Translations under genes and position numbers: made by a program | Shown: one piece after another, positions 1 through 8,331 of the stretch | How the letters are laid out: each line of letters starts with the position of its first letter | Position numbering within the stretch: position 1 is the first letter of the stretch | Notes under the pieces: generated by a model | Told to the model about the DNA's origin: nothing | Database searches by the model: none | Seen by the model: only the letters and a program-made list of their open reading frames with translations | NCBI GenBank assembly: GCA_965249575.1 | Contig: OZ252244.1 | Coordinates: forward strand, 1 to 64,000 | DNA length: 64,000 nucleotides | Reading direction: 5' to 3' | From: Gemmatimonadales bacterium | Lineage (GTDB): Bacteria > Gemmatimonadota > Gemmatimonadetes > Gemmatimonadales > GWC2-71-9

Positions 1-842
1 TGGAACGTCTACCGGCCCAGGCGGATGAGCAACCGGAGGGCGAGATCCAGGTTGCAGTAGTGGGAAGACCAAACGTCGGCAAGTCCAGCCTCGTCAACCG
101 CCTGCTCGGGGCCGAACGAAGCGTGGTCGCGCCCGAGGCCGGTACGACCAGAGACGCCGTCGATTCCCCCTTGCGGTACCATGGGACATTCCTCAACTTC
201 ATTGATACTGCAGGTTTACGGAAGCGATCGAAAGTAGAGGATGAGATCGAGTTCTACTCGGCCTTGAGGACCGAAAGGGCGGTGGAGCGGGCTGAGGTGT
301 CCGTCCTGGTGGTCGATGCGACGGACGGGGTTCGGTTACAAGACATCAAGATCGCTGAGACAGCCTGGGAACGTGGAACTGCCCTAATCGTGGCGGTCAA
401 TAAGTGGGATTTGGTGGACGAAAAGGACTCGCAGACCGCCGAAAGAGGCGAAAGATCCGCCGTCCAGCGGACACCGTTCCTGGCACACGTTCCCTTCGTG
501 TACGTGTCGGCACTCACCGGGCTACGAGTCCGGAAGATCCTCGACCTCATCATCGCTACGGCGAGCGCGCGTCGGGAGCGAGTCCAGACCGCGGAGGTCA
601 ACCGGGTGTTGCGGGAGCTAGTGGAACGAAACCAGCCACCGCAGAGTGGAGGGCAGGAAATAAAACTCCTCTACGCGTCCCAGATTTCGAGCGCGCCCCC
701 GGTGTTCGCCGTGGTCTGTAACCGCCCCGACGCCTTGTCGGAGTCCTACCGGCGCTACCTCGCGAACGGATTCCGCCGGGCCTGGAAATTTGAGGGGACA
801 CCCTTGCGGCTGCGGCTAACCGCGAAGCGTGGACGCTCGTGA
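1..842 (+). CDS. der: Ribosome biogenesis GTPase Der/EngA, 5'-partial (second G domain and KH-like domain)
   Basis: GRPNVGKSS, GTTRD, DTAGLR and NKWD motifs; C-terminal PPVF...YRRYL...GTP; frame is open back to the window edge. Confidence 0.96.
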   Translation, partial: ERLPAQADEQPEGEIQVAVVGRPNVGKSSLVNRLLGAERSVVAPEAGTTRDAVDSPLRYHGTFLNFIDTAGLRKRSKVEDEIEFYSALRTERAVERAEVSVLVVDATDGVRLQDIKIAETAWERGTALIVAVNKWDLVDEKDSQTAERGERSAVQRTPFLAHVPFVYVSALTGLRVRKILDLIIATASARRERVQTAEVNRVLRELVERNQPPQSGGQEIKLLYASQISSAPPVFAVVCNRPDALSESYRRYLANGFRRAWKFEGTPLRLRLTAKRGRS

Positions 843-1444
843 CGCTGGCGTTCTGGGCGGTCGTGTCGTTTCTCGTGGGGAGCTTGCCCACGAGTTTTTT
901 GGCCGCGAAGTACGGTGCGGGCGTCGATCTCCGGAACGTGGGCAGTGGCAATCTCGGGGCAACCAACGTGTACCGAGTGCTGGGTTGGGGGTACGCGATC
1001 CCAGTGGGATTACTCGACGTGACGAAGGGTTTCGTCCCGGCCTCGCTGTTCCCGAGTGCCAACGGGGACCACGCCTGGTATGCGCTCTTGATTGGTACGG
1101 CGGCGATACTCGGACACGTCTACACGCCGTTTATGAAATTCCGGGGAGGGAAGGGGGTCGCGACGGCCGCCGGAGTGGTGCTGGCCGTTTCACCGCTTCC
1201 ACTCCTGGTATCGGTGACCGCTTGGATCGTCGTTCTCTTAGTGTCCGGATACGTCTCGTTGGCCTCGATCGCCGGCGCCGTGACATTTCCCGTAGCGGCC
1301 TGGGTTCTCGTTCCAGAAAAACCTCACCTGCTCGCCATAGGCGTTCTAATCGCTGCATTCATCACCTTCACCCACCGTGTGAACCTCCAGCGGCTCCGAG
1401 AAGGAACGGAGTCACGGTTCGGTCGGCGCGTATCCCGGGATTGA
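839..1444 (+). CDS. plsY: Glycerol-3-phosphate acyltransferase PlsY
   Basis: GSGNLGATNVYR, GHVYTPF..FRGGKGVATAAG and HRVNLQRL..GTE motifs; multiple TM helices; der-plsY-gpsA order. Confidence 0.95.
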   Translation: MTLAFWAVVSFLVGSLPTSFLAAKYGAGVDLRNVGSGNLGATNVYRVLGWGYAIPVGLLDVTKGFVPASLFPSANGDHAWYALLIGTAAILGHVYTPFMKFRGGKGVATAAGVVLAVSPLPLLVSVTAWIVVLLVSGYVSLASIAGAVTFPVAAWVLVPEKPHLLAIGVLIAAFITFTHRVNLQRLREGTESRFGRRVSRD

Positions 1445-2442
1445 TGCGAGTCGCGGTCGTGGGCGCGGGTAGCTGGGGGACGACTCTGGCCAACCTCCTT
1501 GCCGGGTCGGGGCACAGGGTATCGGTGTGGGCTCGCGAGCCGGAAGTCGTAGAGTCGATCACCAAAGACCATGTCAACACGCTCTTTCTTCCCGACGCCC
1601 CGTTGTCTCCCACTATCACGGCGCACGGAGACATACGAGCGGCCGTGGAAGACGCCGAACTCATCGTGGTGGCCGCACCGTCGGAAGCCGTTCGATCAGT
1701 CGGCGAGACTATTTGCCAGGCCGTGAACGGTACGAAGCCGTTGACCGTCTCAGTTGCGAAGGGGCTCGAGCCGGGCTCCTGCAAAACCATGACGAGCGTC
1801 CTCTCGGAGGTCCTTCCGGAATGCCCCGTGGTGGCCTTGTCGGGCCCGAGTTTTGCCCGGGAAGTATACGAGCAGCAGCCGACAGCGGTCGTCGCCGCGG
1901 CACAGTCTCGGGAATGGGCCGAGACCGTTCAGCGAGCGTTCGCAACCTCGAGGTTCCGCGTCTACACAAGCGAGGATACTCTTGGCGTCCAGCTTGGGGG
2001 CGCGCTCAAGAACGTCATAGCCCTCGCCGCTGGGATCCTCGACGGGCTCGGGTTGGGACACAACCCGCGGGCGGCGCTGATCACCCGTGGCCTAGCAGAG
2101 ATTACCCGTCTTGGCCTGAAGCTTGGCGCCCAGGCCACAACGTTCGCCGGTTTGGCAGGGATGGGCGACTTGATCCTGACAGCCACGGGGGGCCTTAGCC
2201 GTAACCGCTCGCTCGGAGTGGAGCTTGGGCGCGGGCGGAAGCTGACCGACATCATGGCGGAGCGCCGCTCCGTAGCCGAAGGCATCAATACGGCACGTGT
2301 CGCAGGAGAGCTGGCCGAACGGACAAACGTGGAATTACCCATCGCGGCCGAGGTCTCATCGGTGTTGTTCGACGGAAAAGAGCCGCGAAAGGCCATCGGG
2401 GATCTCATGGAGCGAGCGCTCAAGCCGGAGCATTGGCAGTGA
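1444..2442 (+). CDS. gpsA: NAD(P)H-dependent glycerol-3-phosphate dehydrogenase
   Basis: GAGSWGT Rossmann motif, SGPSFA, GGALKNVIA, GDLILTA...SRNR; ATG at 1444 overlaps the plsY stop. Confidence 0.96.
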   Translation: MRVAVVGAGSWGTTLANLLAGSGHRVSVWAREPEVVESITKDHVNTLFLPDAPLSPTITAHGDIRAAVEDAELIVVAAPSEAVRSVGETICQAVNGTKPLTVSVAKGLEPGSCKTMTSVLSEVLPECPVVALSGPSFAREVYEQQPTAVVAAAQSREWAETVQRAFATSRFRVYTSEDTLGVQLGGALKNVIALAAGILDGLGLGHNPRAALITRGLAEITRLGLKLGAQATTFAGLAGMGDLILTATGGLSRNRSLGVELGRGRKLTDIMAERRSVAEGINTARVAGELAERTNVELPIAAEVSSVLFDGKEPRKAIGDLMERALKPEHWQ

Positions 2443-2816
2443 CCGTTCTGCACCCCCTTCAGGAGTTTTTCTCGATCGGCGACGTCTGTCAGCTGACCGA
2501 TTTGAAGCCCCACGTTCTTCGTTACTGGGAGAGCCAGTTTCGTTTTCTGAACCCGGCGAAGAACCGCTCCGGAAACCGGGTATATCAGCGGCGCGAAATC
2601 GAGCTGATCATGCTGGTCAAGCACCTCTTGTACACGGAGAAATTCACCATCGACGGCGCGCGACAGCGCATCGAGCAGTACCGTCGGACCGGTACCCTCA
2701 AAAGCGAAGCGCGGTACGCCTTGCAGCAGGAGACCATCGAGACCTTAGTCGGCGAAATCCGAAAGGTCCTGGACATCATCGACGGTAAGCGGGCCCGTGA
2801 AGATCCTGGTGAGTAA
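2439..2816 (+). CDS. MerR-family transcriptional regulator
   Basis: FSIGDV...LKPHVLRYWE..F..L.P.KNRSGNRVY MerR HTH; GTGA overlap with the gpsA stop. Confidence 0.88.
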   Translation: MTVLHPLQEFFSIGDVCQLTDLKPHVLRYWESQFRFLNPAKNRSGNRVYQRREIELIMLVKHLLYTEKFTIDGARQRIEQYRRTGTLKSEARYALQQETIETLVGEIRKVLDIIDGKRAREDPGE

Positions 2817-3555
2817 TGACGACGGGATCCCCGCAGAGGGTCTTCGCGTGCTGGCGGAGGTCTGCCGACGGGTCGGAGAAGTGACGGTGGTGGCCCCCGA
2901 TCGGGAGCAGAGCGGCGCCAGCCATTCGCTCACGCTCCATCGGCCGTTGCGCGCCCAGCGCCTACCCGATGGAGCGTTTCAAATCGACGGAACCCCGACC
3001 GATTGTGTCCTCCTCGCCCTCGGCGCGTTGCTCCCCCACAAGCCGGATTTCGTTTGCTCCGGGATCAACCACGGACCGAACATGGGCGAGGACGTTTTGT
3101 ATTCCGGCACGGTGGCGGCAGCAATGGAGGGCCTTTCTCTCGGGATTCCGGGCATTGCGGTCTCTTTCAGTGGCGGTCGGATCGAGCGCGAGGCACACCT
3201 GGATTCGCAGCGGTCGTGGCTCGAGAACCTGCTCAAGCGGGCGCTCCGGGTGCACCCGTTCCCAAAGGAAACGTTGCTCAACGTCAACCTGCCGCCAGTG
3301 CCCGGCGACCAGATCCGCGGGATCCGAGTCACGACGCTGGGACGCCGGGTGTTTTCCGAATCGATCACTCAAACGCAAGACCCATGGGGCCGCGCGGTGT
3401 ACTGGATCGGCGGGGGTCAAACCTCCTGGTCGGGAAGGGAAGACTCCGACTTTCGAGCGGTTCGGGATGGGTTCATCTCGGTCACGCCGCTGCACGTCGA
3501 TCTCACGAACTACAGCTTGCTGGAAGACGTTGGGCGTTGGCACCTGGGCGACTAG
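2797..3555 (+). CDS. surE: 5'/3'-nucleotidase SurE
   Basis: ILVSNDDG, APDREQSGASHS, GTPTDCV, SGINHGPN, YSGTVAAA motifs. Confidence 0.96.
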   Translation: MKILVSNDDGIPAEGLRVLAEVCRRVGEVTVVAPDREQSGASHSLTLHRPLRAQRLPDGAFQIDGTPTDCVLLALGALLPHKPDFVCSGINHGPNMGEDVLYSGTVAAAMEGLSLGIPGIAVSFSGGRIEREAHLDSQRSWLENLLKRALRVHPFPKETLLNVNLPPVPGDQIRGIRVTTLGRRVFSESITQTQDPWGRAVYWIGGGQTSWSGREDSDFRAVRDGFISVTPLHVDLTNYSLLEDVGRWHLGD

Positions 3556-4202
3556 GGGACGGATACGGGGGGTATCGCACGCGCCTGGTTGAGCAGCTGC
3601 GGGCCGCGGGTATCAAGGACCTCGCGGTGCTGCGAGCCGTCGCTGAAACACCCCGGCATCTGTTTGTTCCCTCCGGTGTCCGTCACCGAGCGTATGACGA
3701 TGGGGCGCTCCCGATCGGTCACGGCCAAACGATCTCTCAGCCGAGCACACAGGCCCGTTACCTCGAAGCCCTCGAGCTGGGTGGCGGGGAGCGGGTGCTC
3801 GAGATCGGAACGGGATCGGGATACCAGGCCGCGCTCCTGACTCGACTTGCCGGGCCCGTATTCTCGGTCGAGCGGGTCCCGGAACTCGCCGCCTCGGCCC
3901 GGGTCGCCTTGGCCGCAGCGAACAGGGTAGGAGTCACGGTGCTGGTAGGAGACGGGAGCCTCGGGTGGCGTAGCTGTGGGCCCTTCGACGCAATCCTCGT
4001 GTCGGCCGTCAGTCCCGTGGTGCCCGATCCCCTGGTCGAGCAGCTCGCCGACGGTGGGCGGCTGTTGATCCCATTACAAACGGGAGATGCGCAGCAACTG
4101 CACAAGTTCACCCGGCGCGGAACCAACCTCATCGAGGAGGCCCTCGGATCGGCATGTTTCGTGCCCCTGGTGGGACGCCACGGATTCCCCCTCAAAGAGT
4201 GA
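3537..4202 (+). CDS. pcm: Protein-L-isoaspartate O-methyltransferase
   Basis: PRHLFV, LPIGHGQTISQP, VLEIGTGSGYQAA, FVPLVG; follows surE; TTG start at 3537 inferred. Confidence 0.93.
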   Translation: MAPGRLGDGYGGYRTRLVEQLRAAGIKDLAVLRAVAETPRHLFVPSGVRHRAYDDGALPIGHGQTISQPSTQARYLEALELGGGERVLEIGTGSGYQAALLTRLAGPVFSVERVPELAASARVALAAANRVGVTVLVGDGSLGWRSCGPFDAILVSAVSPVVPDPLVEQLADGGRLLIPLQTGDAQQLHKFTRRGTNLIEEALGSACFVPLVGRHGFPLKE

Positions 4203-4215
4203 GACATACCGAATC

Positions 4216-4876
4216 ATGTTCGAGGCAGTAGTCACCTGGCTGACCGATATGATCTTTCGCCTGGGCTACCCTGGCATCGCCCTGCTCATGGCGCTCGAGT
4301 CTTCGTTCTTCCCGTTCCCCAGCGAGGTCGTCATGCCACCCGCAGGCTATCTGGTCGCGCAGGGGAAGATGAACGGGGCGATTGCACTGGGGGCGGGCAT
4401 CCTCGGGAGCCTGGTGGGGGCACTCGTGAACTACTTGGCCGCCGTCCGCCTCGGGCGCCCGTTGCTCCACCGATACTCTAGGTACCTGCTGATCAAAGAG
4501 GCCTCGCTCGACAAGGCCGAGGCCTTCTTCCGCCGACACGGGGAATTCAGCACCTTTGCGGGCCGCTTGGTCCCAGTCATTCGGCAGTATATCTCACTCC
4601 CAGCTGGCCTTGCACGTATGCACCTGGGGTGGTTCTCGCTCTATACGGCCGCCGGGGCCGGCATTTGGTGCGCAGTGCTGACCTACATCGGGTGGTACCT
4701 CGGCAACCACGCCGACGTGCTGCGCTCGGAGGATGTCAACCGCTACGCGACGCAGGCATTCCTCGTCCTGCTCCCCCTATTGCTCGTGGGGGGAGTGATC
4801 TACGTTTACCGCGCCCGGCGGCGATCCGCGAACCGAACACGAGGCGGTCCAGGTCGCCGAGCAACGGGGGAATTGA
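4216..4876 (+). CDS. DedA-family membrane protein (as sequenced it reads through in frame into acylphosphatase, ending at 5160)
   Basis: LESSFFPFPSEVVM, GRLVPVIRQYISLPAG DedA motifs; the probable original stop TGA 4874-4876 lies in another frame (see findings). Confidence 0.85.
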
Positions 4877-5160
4877 CGGCTGAGCAGCCGCGCGCTGCGC
4901 GCTGGCACCTGAGGGGCCGGGTTCAGGGCGTTGGGTTCCGTTGGTTCGCAATGCGTGAGGGACGGCAGCTCGGCCTTACCGGATGGGTCCGTAACCTCCC
5001 CGACGGCGTCGTGGAAGTCGTGGCGAGTGGCTCCCCGGACGCTCTGAACCGCCTCGACCAGGCGCTTCGCGATGGCCCTCGCCTGGCGCGGGTAGACCAT
5101 GTGGAAAAAACGGAGATTCCACCTGATGTTGATGTGCATAACCCATTTGAAATCAGATAG
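4873..5160 (+). CDS. acyP: Acylphosphatase
   Basis: GRVQGVGFR and GWVRNLPDG.VE signatures; TTG at 4873 preceded by a G-rich SD-like run. Confidence 0.9.
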   Translation: MTAEQPRAARWHLRGRVQGVGFRWFAMREGRQLGLTGWVRNLPDGVVEVVASGSPDALNRLDQALRDGPRLARVDHVEKTEIPPDVDVHNPFEIR

Positions 5161-5177
5161 ATACGCGGAACTCTCAG

Positions 5178-5720
5178 GTGTCTAGAAGTCCCTTAGACCG
5201 TTTCTACGCCGCCATCCGGGATGTGCCAGATTTCCCTAAACCGGGAATCGTGTTCAAGGACATCACGCCATTGTTACTTGATGCGCCACTATTCAAAGGG
5301 GCGGTTCGGAGAATGGTGCAGCCATTTCGTAGCCTCGAGGTAAACAAAGTGCTCGCGATCGAGTCGCGGGGATTCTTGTTCGGAGCACCCATTGCATTGG
5401 CCCTCAGCGCAAGCCTGATACCCGTGCGGAAAGCGGGGAAGCTCCCCTGGCACCGCCGCAGAGTCGAGTATGAGTTGGAGTACGGCACCGACGCCATCGA
5501 GATTCACTCGGACGCCATCGATAGGGGTGATCGGGTGCTGGTGGTCGATGACGTACTCGCAACCGGCGGGACCGCTCGTGCGACAGCCCAGGTGATTCGC
5601 CAAGCAGGGGGACGTCTCGCCGGCATGTCGTTCCTGATAGAGCTGCTAGCCCTAGGGGGACGGCGCAGGCTGGGACGAACGACCGTCCACAGCCTCCTCG
5701 CTTACCCACGGCCATCTTAA
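5178..5720 (+). CDS. apt: Adenine phosphoribosyltransferase
   Basis: PDFPKPGIVFKDITP, ESRGF, RKAGKLP, YELEYG, VVDDVLATGGT. Confidence 0.96.
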   Translation: MSRSPLDRFYAAIRDVPDFPKPGIVFKDITPLLLDAPLFKGAVRRMVQPFRSLEVNKVLAIESRGFLFGAPIALALSASLIPVRKAGKLPWHRRRVEYELEYGTDAIEIHSDAIDRGDRVLVVDDVLATGGTARATAQVIRQAGGRLAGMSFLIELLALGGRRRLGRTTVHSLLAYPRPS

Positions 5721-5726
5721 CCCCGT

Positions 5727-5755
5727 TTGAATCGGCAATGCGGCGTGGTTAAGTT
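5727..5755 (+). promoter_or_regulatory. Putative sigma70-type promoter of tRNA-Arg
   Basis: TTGAAT-N17-TAAGTT, 19 bp upstream of the tRNA. Confidence 0.55.
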
Positions 5756-5774
5756 GTGCCCTTAGGGATCGCCG

Positions 5775-5848
5775 GCCCCTGTAGCTCAGTTGGATAGAGC
5801 AGCGGTTTCCTAAACCGTTGGTCGCGTGTTCGAGTCACGCCAGGGGCA
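5775..5848 (+). tRNA. tRNA-Arg (anticodon CCT)
   Basis: Cloverleaf: acceptor GCCCCTG/CAGGGGC, D arm GCTC/GAGC, anticodon arm GCGGT-TTCCTAA-ACCGT, T arm GCGTG-TTCGAGT-CACGC; CCA not encoded. Confidence 0.96.
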
Positions 5849-5878
5849 TCCTGTTCAAGGCGACCGAACCCCAACCCA

Positions 5879-6574
5879 GTGGGACACGCCCAAACGCATC
5901 CTCGCAGGGGGACAGTGGGAACCCAGGCACGAGACTCGCATAACGATAAGGCCCCGAACTGGCTCCAGTGGATCGTCCGGCACCAGCGACCTGCCTTAAC
6001 CGTCGGCGTGGTTCTTCTGGCGGTTGGCGGTGGCCTATGGTTCGCCTTCGCAGCTGCTGACCGGCGGGAAGCGTTCGCAGCGCGAGCGCTTCGGTCTGCG
6101 CGCACAGCGGCCGAGGCGGGGAACTTCGCCCTGGCAGCGAGCGATCTCTCGCGCCTCGTCAACGCATACGGAGGAACCGTGGCCGCCGCTGAGGCCACGA
6201 TGCTCCTGGCCCAGGTTCGGATCCTCCAGGACCAAACCGCGCTGGCGATAGCGGACCTTCGAAGCTTCACATCCGGGTCGCCACCAGCGCCATTTCGGGG
6301 CCCGGCGTATGCGCTTTTAGGCTCAGCTCTCGAAGAGGTCGGACAGCTCACTGAGGCGGCGGAGGCTTATGAGCGGGCCGCGGAAGCCTACCCCTACGAT
6401 CCACTCCGGGCGCAATACAGCCTCGATGCTGCGCGGGCTTACACACTTGCCGGCGACACGGCCAGCGCCGCCGGCCTCTACGCGGACGTGATCGACCGCT
6501 TCGAAGATTCGCCGGGAGCGACGGAGGCCCTCGTACGGCTTGGCGAACTTCGTCCACAAACGCAAGGTGGTTAG
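5879..6574 (+). CDS. Single-TM tetratricopeptide-repeat protein (YfgM-like)
   Basis: N-terminal TM helix followed by Ala-rich TPR-like helical repeats (LLGSALEEVG..EAAEAYERA). Confidence 0.7.
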   Translation: MGHAQTHPRRGTVGTQARDSHNDKAPNWLQWIVRHQRPALTVGVVLLAVGGGLWFAFAAADRREAFAARALRSARTAAEAGNFALAASDLSRLVNAYGGTVAAAEATMLLAQVRILQDQTALAIADLRSFTSGSPPAPFRGPAYALLGSALEEVGQLTEAAEAYERAAEAYPYDPLRAQYSLDAARAYTLAGDTASAAGLYADVIDRFEDSPGATEALVRLGELRPQTQGG

Positions 6575-6615
6575 CCCATTCTCCCAATGGCCGGTCCCCC
6601 CTTTCCCACACCTCA

Positions 6616-6643
6616 ACTGCGTATAAGATATGTTATGTTAAGT
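6616..6643. other. dif: dif chromosome dimer resolution site (XerC/XerD)
   Basis: ACTGCGTATAA-GATATG-TTATGTTAAGT versus E. coli dif GGTGCGCATAA-TGTATA-TTATGTTAAAT; 11-6-11 layout, intergenic, at the point where gene orientation converges; xerD is in the window. Confidence 0.9.
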
Positions 6644-6658
6644 TGCGTTAGCCGTCGT

Positions 6659-6667
6659 TGTGGATAA
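6659..6667 (-). promoter_or_regulatory. Perfect DnaA box (TTATCCACA on the - strand)
   Basis: TGTGGATAA on the + strand; 2-mismatch boxes at 6550-6558 and 6602-6610; function unproven. Confidence 0.55.
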
Positions 6668-6796
6668 TTTCCGATGCTCCGCTTGATTCGAGATTGGCAC
6701 CACATTGTCAATTAAAGAGTTACGGGAAGTCAGTCGACCGATGCCGACTCAGGGTGGGAAGCCGCCCACAAAGGCGGATACGCCCGCGGGATGGAG

Positions 6797-7606
6797 TTAG
6801 CCGCTCAGGACCGCACGGAAGACGAGTCGCCCCTCCCCCGACAATGCCAGGCCTTGGCCATCCACTGAGTGCTCTGAAACGACGAGCCGCGCTCCGGAGG
6901 CCACCTGGATATCGCACGGGAGTCCCGTTTGCCCGTCAGCCGTGAGCGCGGCTGCTGTAGCGACAGCGCCCGTTCCGCACGCCAATGTCTCGTTCTCAAC
7001 CCCCCGTTCGTACGTGCGAACCCTCCAGGATCCATCTCCGTCCCGGGCCACAAAGTTCACATTGGCTCCAGACGGACCGAGCGAGGGATGGTGGCGCAGG
7101 ATGCGCCCCCGATCCCGCACGGGGACGCCGTCGAGCTCGGACACGCGGATTACGAGGTGTGGTACACCGACCATGACAAACCCGGCCGCGGTTTCCCCGG
7201 CTTCCAGCTCGATTTCGGCGGTTTGGACCTCGGGGATTTCTCCCACCAACAGTTCGGCCCGTTCTCCGGAAAGACACCGCGTTCTCAGCAGGCCGCTGTC
7301 GGTCTCCAGCAACATGCCGCCCGCTGGCGCGAGCTCGAGCAGGGCCGCGAATCGGGTGGCGCATAGTGAGGCGTTTCCGCACAGCGCCGCACGGGACCCG
7401 TCAGCGTTGAAGTAGTGAAGCCGGACGGTACCGGTTGACGCCCCGGGTTCGACGATGGCCAGTCCGTCTGCCCCGACGCCGTGATGGCGCGAACACACGG
7501 AGCGGATCCGGGAGTCTGACCATAGGGGAAGATTGGCGGTCCGGCCATCCACGAAGACGAAGTCGTTGCCCGACCCCGTCATCTTGAAGACGACGATTCC
7601 GGCTAG
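6797..7606 (-). CDS. dapF: Diaminopimelate epimerase (start uncertain)
   Basis: FKMTGSGNDF, GVGADG, NADGS..LCGNASLC, GVPH, GANVNF, RTYERGVE.ETLACGTG. Confidence 0.92.
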   Translation of the reverse strand, partial: LAGIVVFKMTGSGNDFVFVDGRTANLPLWSDSRIRSVCSRHHGVGADGLAIVEPGASTGTVRLHYFNADGSRAALCGNASLCATRFAALLELAPAGGMLLETDSGLLRTRCLSGERAELLVGEIPEVQTAEIELEAGETAAGFVMVGVPHLVIRVSELDGVPVRDRGRILRHHPSLGPSGANVNFVARDGDGSWRVRTYERGVENETLACGTGAVATAAALTADGQTGLPCDIQVASGARLVVSEHSVDGQGLALSGEGRLVFRAVLSG

Positions 7607-8331
7607 ATCCGGCCCAAGAGCGCCTGGAGACGGAGTCGCCAGACCATCCAGACGGCCTCCCGTACGATCGCCCCCGACATTTTGCTCGTCCCGTCCGTCC
7701 GATCGGTGAAGACGATCGGTATCTCGACGATCCTGAACCCTTTCCGCCATGCTCGAAAGCTCATTTCGATTTGGAATCCGTAGCCATTCGACCGGATCCG
7801 GCTCAAGTCGATCGCCTCGAGGACTCGCCGTCTGAAGCACCGAAAGCCGCCGGTTGCATCATACAATCTAAGGCCGGTCACGACCCTCGCGTAGACGTTG
7901 GCAAAATAACTGAGCAGGAGCCGCCCAACCGGCCAATTCATGACGGTCACTCTCCCACCGACATACCTGGACCCCAGCACCAGATCGGCGTACTGGGCGG
8001 CCGCCAGGAGCTCCGGAAGATGGCGTGGGTCGTGAGACATATCGGCGTCCATTTCGACGATCCACTCATACACCCTCTCGAGCGCCCAGCCAAAGCCCGC
8101 GACGTACGCGGAACCCAGTCCCAGCTTCCCTTCCCGGTGAAGGACGTGAATCCGCCCCGAGGCCCCCCGTGCAAGCTGCTCCGCGACGTCGCCAGTGCCG
8201 TCCGGCGAGTTGTCATCGACCACCAACACGTCGATTCGATCGTCCTCCCTTAGCACCAGAGGCACCAGTTGCTCGAGGTTCTTCGCCTCGTTGTACGTCG
8301 GGATGATGACGAGCACGCGCTCGTCAGCCAC
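7603..8331 (-). CDS. Polyprenol-monophosphomannose synthase-like GT2 (Dpm1/Ppm1 type)
   Basis: IPTYNE, VDDNSPDGT, GLGSAY, MDADMSH, GSRY, DATGGFR, GY.FQIE, SKMS. Confidence 0.88.
   Translation of the reverse strand: MADERVLVIIPTYNEAKNLEQLVPLVLREDDRIDVLVVDDNSPDGTGDVAEQLARGASGRIHVLHREGKLGLGSAYVAGFGWALERVYEWIVEMDADMSHDPRHLPELLAAAQYADLVLGSRYVGGRVTVMNWPVGRLLLSYFANVYARVVTGLRLYDATGGFRCFRRRVLEAIDLSRIRSNGYGFQIEMSFRAWRKGFRIVEIPIVFTDRTDGTSKMSGAIVREAVWMVWRLRLQALLGRI

Noticed and set aside
829..1443. Long N-terminal extensions in the ORF track (gpsA, pcm, nuoI, plsX and others)
   Set aside because: They overlap upstream genes in other frames; true starts lie at stop/start overlaps or after SD sequences.
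5775..5848. tRNA-Arg as an integration site for an island
   Set aside because: No repeated tRNA 3' end or integrase seen; downstream genes are housekeeping.
6695..6708. TGGCAC...TTGT resembling a sigma54 promoter
   Set aside because: GG-to-GC spacing is one base short, the -12 element reads GT, and no gene lies downstream on that strand.
6732..6777. Short hairpins downstream of dapF as intrinsic terminators
   Set aside because: Stems are only 5 bp and have no U-tract; not enough support.
6575..6796. Region as oriC
   Set aside because: Only one perfect DnaA box; genes and KOPS-like motifs converge rather than diverge; a strong dif is present.
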